A stretch of DNA of 63,485 nt, filler included, from Bigelowiella natans CCMP2755 (GCA_000320545.1; 4 parts of 4 records of this genome joined end to end with filler, not necessarily neighbours in it), one strand, 5' to 3'; shown: positions 1 to 12,634, counted from the first letter of the whole stretch. Notes: a model not told the origin generated them from the sequence alone. Translations and numbers: made by a program.

Positions 1-169
1 ACGATAGGAGATATTATGTATGAAGCATTGCAAACATCATCACCCACTTACTCACGCCCCCCCCCCCCCCCTCCCTTCACACTCGCTCTCACTCACTGTT
101 CGCGCTATTCGACTCGCCGGGCGGCTTCCTCCTCCTCCTCCTCCTCCTCCTCCTCCTCGCAATAATAGG

Positions 170-502
170 CGCTGCTGAAAGCGCAGCGTAAGGTTATGGG
201 AGAAGCACGGAGAGAAGATATAGCAGCGAGGAAAAAATTCGAGGCAGAAATGAAAGCAGGCAGAGGCCAAAGCCAACAAGGTGACAATTATCTAATTCAT
301 GGAAATGATGATATTCCCCCCCCCCCCCCCTCCCCTCTCTGTTTCTCTATATTCCTCCTCCCTTGCACTCAAACAGACGCGGCTTGCCAGCGATTTAGAA
401 ATAATGTCATATCTTGTAAATGCTGCACACCCCATGATCTCGGATGGTACATGGTACACTGCAGGTCTTTCACAACAGCAGCAGAAAGACGCCAGGACGT
501 GA
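170..502 (+). CDS. Probable 3' exons of a gene entering from outside the window (unknown product)
   Basis: AG/GT-bounded segments (170-280 ALLKAQRKVMGEARREDIAARKKFEAEMK..., 377-415, 465-502) can be joined in phase to a TGA; no recognisable domain. Confidence 0.35.
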
Positions 503-899
503 TGGCTAAGAGACGAAATTCGGTCGTCACTCTTGGATCATAACCACTTAGCGTTACCGCAGACTTGCCGCTGTCGCTGGTGCTCGTTATTTATTAAGCT
601 CCGCAAGCACTTCGGTTCTCACTGCTTTGCATTTCAACCGCCCAATACGTACATATGCCAATAAGAAGGCTATGCTTTCATCATGCATAGTAATCGAGAC
701 AGCAACAGTCCTGTGCACGCACACATCATCGCGCTTCGGTGCTGCACAGCTGTGCTTTCATGCGTACGTACACACGCGTCGCCGGTAGTGAATTTAATTT
801 GGAGCGCTATCAGCCAATAATGACGTGAGCAGCGAGGAAAAAATTCGAGGCAGAAATGAAAGCAGGCAGAGGCCAAAGCCAACAAGGTGACAATTATCT
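222..899 (+). repeat. Exact 72-bp dispersed duplication (222-293 and 828-899)
   Basis: agcagcgaggaaaaaattcgaggcagaaatgaaagcaggcagaggccaaagccaacaaggtgacaattatct is present twice. Confidence 0.95.
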
Positions 900-1298
900 G
901 CACGTACACATGCAATAGATGCTGCACAAACGTATAATTATATACATTCACAGTGCCGCGGCTTTGCACAGCTGTATACATTGGGATGATAACTGAAAAA
1001 AAACAAATTCATTAAATCCGAATCATGCTAGCATGCCAGTTTTCCCCATCTTTGAGTGCGATCCTCGAGGCCTCCTTTCGCAGTGCTTCCAGCTCTTCAC
1101 TATTGCGACCAGCGTTAGCTCTCGCACGCCCTTTTTCTCCCCCCGACGATCCCCTGTCTCATGGTGTCTTACGTCTCTGTATAAAGCCGACGCGGGGATG
1201 CGTGCCCCCCCCCCGCGCGCACGATCGAATCCAGGCTGCGGAGAGCGCTCGAGGAGAGGCGCCTCCATTTAGACGCATCATATTATCAGTTCTTGGAT

Positions 1299-2720
1299 TC
1301 AATGCCAATCTATCGAGGTTCCCGGACCGAGAGGTTCATCCAGATCCAATGTAACGGTGGCGTTTGCGAATTCCCGTCGCCACCGATACGCGCCCTCCTG
1401 CGTTCGTGGCCCCAAAGGCGGCCCCAGCGGTTTGTCGAGAAGCGAATACCACTCGCTCGGAGCGGCGCATGTATCTGGAGCGTCTGGACAGGGGACGAAG
1501 CCCTGATGCAGTTCGTACCTGTGCGTGCGTGCGTGCGTGTGTGTGTGTGTGTGCGCGCGCGCGCGCGTGTTTCATATCGCACTCAGCGGTGCCTGTTTCG
1601 CATGGGGGTTTGCACTTGCATTTGCATTAGGATAGGGATATGCCCGTGTCAAGTACGCACCAGACTGCTTGCGTGAAGTAGGTTCGTTCGTTCGCTACGA
1701 GGAGAAACGAAGCGAGGTTGAAGGGGAGATACTTGAGAAGCTGAGCGCGCCAGGCTTCGTAGAGCTGAGAACTGGTACCCTCGGGCGTGGTATTATTGTA
1801 CGGGTCGTTCGCGCTAAACGAGGGCCACCTGATGGAAAACGCAACGATCGGATCTGTGAGTACAAGTCCCCTCGATAAACACTAGGACTTGCGCGCAAAG
1901 AGTACTATTTCGATGATGGTTGCGCGCGTCGTCGTCGTCGTCGTTGTTGTTGCTGCTGTTGTTGTACCCATTCGTGAAGCCGGTGTACGGTCCGGCCCAG
2001 AAGGAGAGAAACACGTGCTTGGTAGCGTTTTGCGCCGCCCACTCTACGTTCGCGAGGGTATCAGCGCATTTGTCTTTGAGGAGGAGGCCGGTGGATGGAT
2101 CGACCTGGCATTTTTGGTTGGGTGCTTCGTCGTAAGTGGATGGGGTCAATTACAGGGATTTCGGCTAAAAAAGAAAAACTGAGGGCAGACGGGGGGCAAA
2201 CGGAGACCTGTTCGAAGGCTGCGTAATGCTCGTTTTGCACGGCGCCGACATGGTTTATAATGCGCCGATTGTGCGGGTCGCTAGGACTCTGGTCATACTC
2301 CGACAACCCATTGCCAAGTACAATCCCACCGTTCGTCTGGTCGAAAGACTGTTGTAAAGCTTGGATCATACTCAATTTCGCTTCATAGAGGGCTTGGAGG
2401 CGCGTAGGATTGATGCCAGATATAATCTCATAGCCGGAGTTGTCAGCAAGGACCCCGTCGATCAATCGTGTGCTGTTGGTGCCGCTAAGAGGAACAGACA
2501 CCCACCACGCAGCGGCCTCGCTGTTGGTGAAATCGATGCGGGGATGGCCGTTCTCTACGATAATCTTCCCGCTGTCGTCGCGGAGCCACCATTCTGGATG
2601 AGCCGCAAGTGTGGCGTTGGCTGAATAGCAGTGGATCCCAGCGTGGTCCGTGCTCCAGTAGAATAACACCTTGATCTTCGGGTTAGCCTCTTTCAGTTGC
2701 GCGGCAATTTCGTAAATCGC
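1299..2720 (-). CDS. Glycoside hydrolase, GH168 / PF14885 (GHL15)-like; 4 exons seen, 5' exons not found
   Basis: Exons ~2720-2208, 2104-1968, ~1828-1661 and ~1518-1299 splice in phase: AAQLKEANPKIKVLFYW...HPEWWLRDDSG...IDFTNSEAAAWW...IDGVLAD...GNG...NEHY...FNLASFLLVANERTYF...WYSLLDKPLGPPLGPR...WRREFANATVTLDL...IDWH*. This matches my recollection of the family motif pattern. Confidence 0.75.
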
Positions 2721-2899
2721 CTGACGTGAATCGTTAGACGGAAAATGCCATTAAGTTGTTGCAGCACATTCGCGTGCCTGTCTACAATAGCGACGCGTAC
2801 AACAGCTCGCGAACTTTCTGGCTGTTAGTGTGGGGTGAGCATGACTATCCCCCGGAGCCCCCCCCTCCACCCCGTTGACCACATAGAGGCATCTTATCA

Positions 2900-5780
2900 T
2901 AATAATAATGATTTGTGACTCGATTTATGAAAGAGATGTGTACAGACACATGTTAGTACAATCGTGCGTTTCCACAACCAACCTGTTCGGTCCTTATTCC
3001 TTGGTTATCGCCGGTGCACTTCTCGAGAGAGGCTATTTTGTAGTGAGAGGCGATAAAGCCCGCTTGATCATTCGAAAGCAGGGAGTAGCCGAAGTCTCCC
3101 CACCTAACGACAACAGATTAGTGAGGTGATGCCGAACATCAGCGCTTAGCTTGTTTCTAGTACCAGGAATCCGCAGCCGTATCCCACCCGTGTTCCCACA
3201 CTCCTCCCATCGTAGATACTTCACCCAGATATGCGTCCGCCGGGGAACTTGGCAACATAAGCGCGGCTGCAAGAAGGACGTCGTACAGCATAGCAGGCTA
3301 CAGCAGGGATGTCTACCCGTACTCGATTAGATGTGTACGGGGAAGAGGTGGGGCCAGAGCAGTAACGCACTCCGCAACGTGTAACGCCACTGTTCGTGAT
3401 ATCGGACAGGGAGGCCTGCTTTTGTTCGAAAACGCACGGGATTTAGAGTATCCATACCAATCATTGTCGCGGTTTCTAAATTCAGTGCAATCAGGTAGGT
3501 AACAGTGTGTTCCTTGTCACATCCGTTTCGTGTTGGAGCGAAACGGTCTTTGCTGAAGAACCGGCATGAATGCCGTAAACTATTTACATGTGACAATTTA
3601 TTTGGCATGTCGTAAGCGCGGAATATCCTATTACATCTTCTCAACACATGGCCCAACGAAACGGGTGGATTAACCCTTCTTCTCCGGCGTGATAAAGGAG
3701 ATTAATGAAAGGCTAAAAGTAATAGCGACAAAATGAAATTAATGTCGCATATATTCAATAGCATGAATACAGTCTTTCCAGAGGTTTCTGGCTCTCCAAT
3801 TTGTGTCTGAAAACGCCATCAGCACTGCGAAACCAAGGAAGAAGCAAACCAAACGACGAAGGGTGAAGCTTCTAGCTACAAAACAGAACAAACCCAGGAA
3901 CGGCTGCTTGAGTTCGCACCCACGCCTGAGTGACCGCAGACGCAAGGAGGAAGAAAAGGATACTGCACTTACGGCTGGTTGAAGCAATAGAGAGCAGAAG
4001 ATCAATCCATTTGTAGAAGACGAACGACGAGTTTTTGTTCATTCCAGCTCCTTTTAGACACACACTAATTCTGAAGAAGAAAGGGGACGCCTAAAGGCCA
4101 AACGAACTACAATGTATACGATAAAGCGATCACTGGATAAGCAGCCGATGGTGCCTGCCAAGGATTTACCGGGAAAAAAGGGGGGAGAAAGTTCGGACGG
4201 TGGTAATTACATGGCCAAGGTCATCTCCATGTGCGAGCCTTACGACGTTCCAAAATCGAAGAAGAAAACTAAAAAACTTGCAGTATGGAAAGGCGCGAAA
4301 AAGGTATCCATTACTAAGTCAGAACATGTTTATCGTGTAGCGAATTTGATGTACGGGTGATATGCAAAGGTATACTACGCGTAGACCATTCCAAATCTGA
4401 AAACATCTGCGATTGATTTTGCGAGTCCCCCTTTCAGCCGATCGCTCGCATCAGCCAACCATGTCATTGGATATAGCAAGGCTTTGATTTATGCTGTGTA
4501 CACTCAGTTTGCTCCTGATCCCGAGAAGCATGGTACCTTCTTGTCCACTGACGAAGGATGCTTCGGGCGCTATGAGTATATCAAACAGGGATACGGAGCC
4601 ACAATCTCCTACAAGGACAAGAACTTCGAAAAGGAGAAGAAAGGTGGGAGGAAATTTCAAAGAATAAGGATACGCATTAAAAATTCACCCATACTAGTGG
4701 GGGTGGAGGGAAAGGAGCGTAAGAGAGCAGAGGGATTGTATCTAGGACAGATTTGCTGATTAAGTAAAGAAGGCCGACAATATGCCTGCAGCCACCATAC
4801 GTAGTAAATAGTCATTTATTCTTTTTATCTGTCAAATCACGGGTCTTGACTGATTCTTATGATGACTGTGGATTAGCTACCGCTTGCCTTCGCAATGCAC
4901 CGTTCGGGTCAAAAGGCGCTCCCCGTCGTGATGAATTCCACCAGCACATCGCACAGTTGCAGTGGAAGGAACTTCTTGAAAAGGAAAAGCGTTTCAACAA
5001 AGCCACAATGGTACTTTCTTTGAATTTCCACCTTTGCGGAAAGTGAAAGCGCGCGTGGATATATGATGACGTCGTAGCAGAAATGATAGATAGTTTCTGC
5101 GTTAGACCTATTTATCCACATACATAAACAGTGTGTACATGTATGTGTGTGTAATATATAAATTTTATATATTTCTGCTTAAGGCCGTCAGCATATCTGA
5201 ATTTCATATTGATATATTTCTTCCAACAACAAAAGGACAAAAATCGGGCTAGCGCAGAGGCACCTACGACCGACGCTCCACTCTCTGCTGCAGCGACCAA
5301 GAAGAAAATATACGCCTATGATAGGGCAAAGGGTAACTTGAGCAAGGACTCAGGATCTTCGACTTTCAACAACAACTGGAAAACTACCACGAACCAATGG
5401 ATTCAAAAGAAAGGGTACGGAATCAAAGAGGTCAACAGAGGCCCTATGGTGACGTCCTCGTGCAATTATGGCAATTTTGATCTAAATGCGATCGAAAGGC
5501 CAAAGCATGCGCGTGTATCCGTCACGAAGGAGTTCAACGATATCTCACATTTGAGCTAAAGTAGTCGTTTCCTCATCTTGCAGCACGCGACAAGATAGAG
5601 CAGAAAGAGGATGAAAATATAACCCCAATTGCCACAGAAATACGCCACTCGAAGCATTATGTATGGCCAGCACCAACACAACACACGTCCACCTTTACGT
5701 TCGGAACGCACTTCGAACCCGTCCATCCTTACAGAATACTGCATCATCTCTCGCAGCCGCATCCGTGTTCATGATTAAAG
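2900..5780 (+). pseudogene. Decayed coding sequence of unknown origin (possible TE or captured gene)
   Basis: Microsatellite-free stretch of short Lys-rich ORF fragments (4112-4360, 4484-4759, 4846-5046, 5209-5559) broken by stops and frame changes; no family recognised. Confidence 0.3.
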
Positions 5781-5939
5781 ATGTAATGCCTTAATAAAAG
5801 TAGAGTTGTATGATACGGAATTGCATTGTAAATAGTTGATACTATCTTGCTGCAATGTTGACATACGGCGAGCCATTGTATTCGAAGCGCCGTGTGCTTA
5901 TTTTACGCCTCATAGCAGAATATGTAGCGAGGTCGTGCG

Positions 5940-6395
5940 TCGCGTATGTGAGACGGATGCAATGAAAGGTGGTTAAATATTTTCAATCAATGATCATCCC
6001 GTCATGTAAGACGGATGTAATAAATCAAATATATTGCATTTGTTCAATGGTCATCCGTCATCATGCATGTGTAGCTGTGCAAAACGTAACAGCGGCTATG
6101 GACTATAGGACAGCGCTAATGTTGAATTCGTCATGCGTACGTAAGCATATAGCTGTGCAAAGCAGCGGCGGCGGCTAGCAGCTATGCTGTTTTGCCGCAT
6201 CAGGTAGCAGAGCGTAGCGTGCCGCCGTGTAGAATCCGGAAAATGCTACAGCGCGCTCATTGGATGCACAATGGTGAATGCTATAATGCTATACAAGCTA
6301 CGTACATTGCTAGATTGGGATGCGACCATTGATGATGGATTCAAATTAGTTCATTCATCACACCCGTTTCACATGCCATGGCGCCCTGGCGATGC

Positions 6396-6426
<31 letters not shown>

Positions 6427-6600
6427 TGCGTACATATGCCATTGATGACGATTGGAAAGATTTAACCATATCATGCTACGTACATCCGTCATATAGTCAG
6501 TCTCACATGTATGAGACGGATATATATAATGAATTGCACAGCTACATTAGGATGACCATTGAAACAATTTAAACATTTCATTACATCCGTCTCATATATA
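5940..6600. mobile_element. Foldback/MITE-like non-autonomous repeat with imperfect inverted arms
   Basis: 5946-5967 atgtgagacggatgcaatgaaa vs reverse complement of 6576-6597 atatgagacggatgtaatgaaa; ttcaatggtcatcc...tgtagctgtgcaa (~6043-6082) is inverted at ~6534-6563. The same motifs recur at ~960-1000, ~45000-45055 and ~49280-49670. Confidence 0.55.
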
Positions 6601-6629
6601 ATGAAACGTTTCACATGTATATAAATATA

Positions 6630-6674
<45 letters not shown>

Positions 6675-7015
6675 GCTCGCTAGACATGCGCGTAATATTG
6701 CCTGTACAATCACCAATACATTGCGCCATCGATCGTCAGTGCGTCCACGCCATTCACAAGCCTGCACATGACATATGAGACCTGTTGCTTTACCATTTAT
6801 TTAGTCCGATACATTTGATCGCATTCAACGTGCGGTTATGTGACGACGACCAATATGATGCATGGACGATGCTATTTGAACATGCGAGACGATGCATAAT
6901 GATAGACATATAGTGGCTGAGGTAGCCAGGTAGCCTATCATCATTGACAACCACCGCAAAGCCGTACCTCTCCCATTGCTGCTGGCAAAGCAGTTATTAG
7001 CAGCAACACAATTAT

Positions 7016-8369
7016 CTACTCGTCCTTTTGCTGTTGTTGATGAAGCATCCCATCACGATAATCGGTAATAACTTCGTTCAGTGTTGCCCTTTTCTCACGA
7101 GCGAACTGTGCATACATCCCACACACGCGTGCATGCATAAAAATTTCAGACATGTATGATGATTAAGACTGTATCGCTTTTGGCTGGCACTAGCCTACTC
7201 CCCTCGCTTTTATTACTGTACATTCAACTATTACCTCAACGAGAAGACGGTATTTCGACTCGAGCAGTCCCCGGACGGCTTCTCTGTGCCGAATAATGAG
7301 CACCTACGTGTGCGTTTCAAGCACACGTCAAAATACTATCAAATTCTTCCAAATTCAATATAACAGCATCAGCAGCAGAAACACCGGTAGGAGACGTGGT
7401 AGTGACAGTTGAGGAGGTGCGTGGACGAAGGCATGGCGATGATGACTGTGATGATGCTGCAATGATGATGAGTCATCAGAGCCTCTCTCTACAGCTGCTT
7501 CTACTAGTATAATAAATAACTACTACCACTACTATCGTAATTGCAACTACACACCGTTACAGTGATTCCTCCTAGGATACTGCCTATAATCAACGAAGTT
7601 GCGCTCGCGATGGGAAGAACTACAAAGCCTGCAGAAGGAGGAGTAGTAGTTTTAATACGGCGCCGATTGAGCTAGAGATGACTCCAAGAGTAGTTATTCT
7701 GTGAATTACGATGCACTTCCATCCCCTGCCCCCAAAACTCACCCACGCCAATGCTGATTATCATGCTGATGAGAACGATCCAGCTGCATGCCACGATGGC
7801 AATCTGAGTGGCGGGAGCAAACACAAGCAGGACGCGTGAGGTAATAATATCGACGAAAGGTGGTGCGGTGGTGAGGTGGTGAGGGCGCTTACCGCGGCGA
7901 AAAATGATACACATGAGAATATGAATGCTGCGATTAGACTGAATAGAAGCAGCCCGCATCTGCAACATAAGGACACGAGGGCGTGAGCGACTCCTTCCTA
8001 CAGTTGTTAAGGAAAGGAACAAGCGAGAGAGGAGATTGACTCACCCGATGCCGCAGAGCACGACAATCGCAGTTCCCACGCTGGCAGCCCGGATCCACCA
8101 CGGCTCATCTTTCAATCTCGCCCAGAGAAGATCAACGAAAGCGGGCACCTTCATTTACGGAAGATCGATGCAAGTAAAATACTTGTGTGGCTTTTCACGA
8201 TAAAAGGCATTGCTCTCACCCCTGCCAAAAACCCGAACATCGAGTGTACTTTGTTCCGAGATGGGTCTTCCTTGGATTCGAAGAACTTCGGCTCCAGTGG
8301 GGCGGAGACGTCCTCCTTCTTGCTCGCCCTCTCTGCCTCGACGTGGCTCGGGGGCGAGTGGCCATCCAT
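7016..8369 (-). CDS. Small membrane protein with an ~84-aa uncharged hydrophobic segment (oleosin/promethin-LDAF1-like architecture), 7 exons
   Basis: Seven exons join in phase: MDGHSPP...SRNK|VPAFVDLLWARLKDEPWWIRAASVGTAIVVLCGIG|CGLLLFSLIAAFIFSCVSFFAA|IAIVACSWIVLISMIISIGV|GFVVLPIASATSLIIGSILGGIT|VLIIRHREAVRGLLESKYRLLVE|FAREKRATLNEVITDYRDGMLHQQQQKDE*. The gene model is solid; the function is inferred. Confidence 0.75.
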
Positions 8370-8708
8370 CGTAATCCGGAAGAGTTCGTATGGGTTGTCT
8401 CCGATGAGGATATCGACGCTGTTTTATGGCAACGACAACGATTTCCCGGTACACCACACCGTTTTCGAAGGGGATTTTCATGCCCATCCCGAAAATACGC
8501 ATCCCGAACCAGGAAAGTTGAAACGCCTTGCATCTTCGTCCAGCGACATCGCTTTTCGTCTGGTCGGTCGGTGCGGATGACCTCGAGAAGACATGCCATA
8601 GAAAATGCACGGCGTTTCGATATATACGACAAGAAATTAAGACCTTTTTTTTTCCTCATTTCTTTAGACGGAGATCTACGAGCCGTCGTTGTGAGAAGGG
8701 ACACGAAA

Positions 8709-10101
8709 ATGGCATCGGAAGCGTACAGCGACGTCTACTACGCCGTGCACCAAGCCATGGAGCCGAGCATCAAGGGGCTTTGCATTGTACGTGATCTTGT
8801 TGTGAATTGCTCATCACTCACGCCGCGAAGGAGGGCGACTTGTCTTTGTTCGAACGAATCGATTCGAATTCGGTTGAATGGTAGTATGGCAGGTGGATTA
8901 CGCGAAATCGGGGCGCGCGAGCTGTAAGAAGTGCAGCAAAAAGATTGCGCAGGGTAGGTGGTGTCGTTTGCGTGATGCATCGACGCGGAGCTATTCGCGT
9001 GGCGGTGCCTGCGCAGATGTTCACTTGCCGCCGCCCCCCCCCCTTCCTCTTTTCGCACCCTTTCTAGATAGCGTCAGGATCGGCCGTAAAGTGAAGTCCC
9101 GCTTCCACGACGGATTCGAATTAAACTGGCTTCACCTTCACTGCGCTCTCTATTCTGGGTGTGTGCTCGCGATTCGGATTGAAAAGACGGCAATGGAGAC
9201 GGCACGTGTGCATATATGGTTTTGACGATGATTTTGATGCCTCCTCTTTCTAGGATCGGCTCCATCACACAGCTCAAAGGCTGGCGTTACCTACTACCCG
9301 ACGACGCGCGTAAGATTCGAGGTTATACTGGGGAAGTGCTTTCTCCCATGGTAATGCCGCACACACATCACGATGAGAGTGGGAGATCTGGAGAGGGTGG
9401 CTGCTTTGAGGCAAGGGGAGGAATTGCGATCGAACCACTAAAAAGAACTAATGTTTGGCAGGATGACGCGTTGTACACCAAGGAGACGAACTCGCGGGAG
9501 AAGGTACCATGTAAAGACTACACTTTGCAGAATATTCAAGGGAAGAACCCCGTAAGCTGCGCGGATAAGTGCGCCTATAGTTAACTTTGATTCGTGGTGT
9601 GGAAATCCTTCCTCCTTACCATTATTTGTGTGTAACAATCTGTATTCTCGCCTAACAGCTCGCACTCTCAATCGCAAGCAATGTGAAGAAGCCTCAAATG
9701 GTCGACATCCTAGCGGCCAACGGTTCACCCCTCCCCTCCCTCTCCCTCCCCACTTCTTCGTTTTGGGAAATAGACCAGAAAAGCGAGGGGGTGCGGAGAA
9801 GGGCGGAATGGACATCTTCTTCTTCTTCTTCTTCTTCTTCTTCTTCTTCTTCTCTGCACGCTGATAGATCAGACCGCAAATTGCTTGTGATTGTATTTGC
9901 AGGGGTGAATGAGATTAAGCCTTGGAACAAGAACATCGCTGCTCGTGTTATTGCAGAAGGCATGATCAACGGTATACTCACCAATACAGACAACTACAGA
10001 GAATTCCCGCTCTTAAATCCGATAAAACTCTGAATTATGTTGCTTTCTTAGCTCAAATAATCAACAAACAACCCCTTCTCCCCCCCCCCTCATCTCTCCG
10101 A

Positions 10102-10141
<40 letters not shown>

Positions 10142-10594
10142 AAGCAAACGATGCCTTCCCTCATGTTCGCACCAATCACGCAGGGAGAACTGCAAAGTGC
10201 GAAGTGTGCGGAGGAGGGGACACTCTTCGCTGCGCTGCTGGCATTGCGACATGTAGCGGGTACATTGCTATGCACGATTGTCCAACGTTGTCAAGACGAG
10301 GGGTCGTTTCGCGGGGATGGTGGGCAGAAGAAGCAGAGCAGTTATTCGATTGACCCGATGCTCGAGATGCTTCCTTCGCGTTGTCCCGTCGTTGAATTTT
10401 TGCGAGTCGTCATCATCATGCTGTAGTTACTCAATGTCGGTGGATTGCTTTCAGCTCGTGTATGGTAGTGAGTCGAGAAACTTATGTTTTGTGCTGCTGC
10501 TGTCGTTCAGGACGCTGAACGGCTTTATCACCTGTCCGGCGAGGCTGGCAACGAAAGAACCTGAAACGGTACACACACACACACACACACATAA

Positions 10595-10631
<37 letters not shown>

Positions 10632-10665
10632 TTGAATATCTGGTGCATAACCTCAACAATATATA

Positions 10666-10726
<61 letters not shown>

Positions 10727-10962
10727 GTAAAAATGTGCGTATGTGTGTACGCGCATAATATTTATTTATTTTATGCTTTCGAAAGGTTCCGATGGACGCT
10801 GCCTGGGACTGCAGTAATGAAAAGCAAGGTACTTGTATAACCCCTGTGTTGCTGCTGTTATTTTATCATCGTCATCATCACCGCAGTGTGTGATTGAGGA
10901 GATATGCGTGCTACGAGGGCTGCAGGGATGACAGTGACGATGATCACGATGATGATGATGAC

Positions 10963-10994
<32 letters not shown>

Positions 10995-11050
10995 CGATGA
11001 TGATGATGGCAAGCTGTTTTCTCCGACCTTTGTCCACCAAACAAATGATT

Positions 11051-11086
<36 letters not shown>

Positions 11087-11443
11087 TATATAGTGGCTAT
11101 GCGCGTGGGCGGATGAGAACGGTGCCGTGCCCGCCGCCACTTCTGCTTCGGGGAGCGGAGAAGCAAGCGATGGGGAGGAGGACGATAGCGATGACGACGA
11201 TGAAGATGACGTACGTGAGGTAGGTTGGGGGGGGTGTTTTTATTTTTACACAAACACATGCAAACCCATTCAATAATTGCCAGGTTTCCCTGCCCTTTTT
11301 GCCCTTCCCTTTAGTGGAGGGATGTGGAGGGGGGGGGGGGGGGGCTGCTGTTGGGGAGGAGCGTGGAGGCGTATGGAAAAATGCTTGTAAAGGACCTCAA
11401 GGCAGCGCTGCTGGCGAGAGGAATCAATCCAATACGGGGTACA

Positions 11444-11477
<34 letters not shown>

Positions 11478-11699
11478 TCTATGATAATGATGATGATGAC
11501 TCGACGACGATGATATCACGTAGATCTCGAAAGGAAAAAGGAGGCGGAAGGATCCAACCGCCGCCCAAGAATTGAAAGAGAAAAAGGAGACGAATAAGAA
11601 GAAAAAGAAGAAGAAGGGAGAGGGGAAGAAGGCAAGCAAGAAGTCAACCAAGGTCTTCAGCTCCTCTTCCGCGCGCGCGAGCGCGCATTGTATGCGTGC

Positions 11700-11741
<42 letters not shown>

Positions 11742-12476
11742 GGAAAAATCCAGATCTATGCACTCATAACACCGCTTGATTCGTAATGCGATGGTGCATA
11801 ACCCTCCTCTCTACCGGCAGAAGAAGAAGATGAAAGCAGGGGAGGACATGTACTGCCAGCCCCACCTCCCCATCAAGGGACCAGCCAGCACGCGGGAGAA
11901 AGAAGAGGAGGAGGAGGAGGAGGAGGAGGAGAAAGGCAAGAATGGCGGCGGCAAGGAATCAACCACAACACTCCGAAAAAGTATAACAGCTGAGGGGAAT
12001 GAACACTTGAAGGCTCAATACCCATATTGTTGTTGTTGTTGTTGCTGCTGCTGCTATCTTTGTTTGACTCACCGCTCGTACTAGCAGAGAGTGCCAAAGG
12101 GGACGTGTATTCGAGCGAGCGGTATATTGCCGCTGCCATCCTCACGTGTGGATTTCGCTCCTGTTGTGATGATTAGGCGGCCATTCGTTAAAACGGTTGG
12201 CAGAGGCGTTGTCACCCCCGGAGCCTAGCAGCGCTATTCTGAGCAAAGTGAGTGGCGCGCACGGGGGGGTGGGGGGGGTTGTTTCTATTTCACTGAGATG
12301 AGGAAAGGGAGGAAAGGAGAAGATGAAGAAGAAGAAGAAGATGATGATGACGACGCCGTCTCATTGCTTTTATTCTAATATCATCGTGAAATGAGGAGAG
12401 ACTTGTTATCTGCCCCCTTCAGGATGAATACGCACCGTCAGGATCTATTTACGTAGCAGGCGATGGGGTACTTAGG
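8709..12476 (+). CDS. PARP1-like protein, N-terminal part (zf-PARP, PADR1-type Zn domain, SAP-like motif), truncated by scaffold gap
   Basis: Spliced YYA|VDYAKSGRASCKKCSKKIAQ...VRIGRKVKSRFHDGFELNWLHLHC (zf-PARP); IAEGMING|RTAKCEVCGGGDTLRCAAGIATCSG|TLNGFITC (PADR1-like); YGKMLVKDLKAALLARGI (SAP-like). The last exon GSIYVAGDGV resembles the lead-in to a WGR domain. No catalytic domain is visible before the gap. Confidence 0.75.
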
Positions 12477-12634
12477 CAAGGGGGGGGGGGGGGGGGGGGA
12501 AAAAAAAAATCAGATATTCTGATATACTCTTCACCACCCATACCGGATATGTTTATATATATATGTACATATATAAAACCAAATTAACGGGAGATGAGAG
12601 GAAGAGAGAAGAGACAGAAGAAAGATTATTTTTT

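Noticed and set aside
2761-2880. Helitron 3' end or tRNA-like structure
   Set aside because: No terminal CTRR after the hairpin and no cloverleaf or A/B boxes.
8155-9058. Several long overlapping ORFs on both strands (e.g. 8187-8927)
   Set aside because: GC-rich divergent promoter and first exons of two spliced genes; the translations have no recognisable features.
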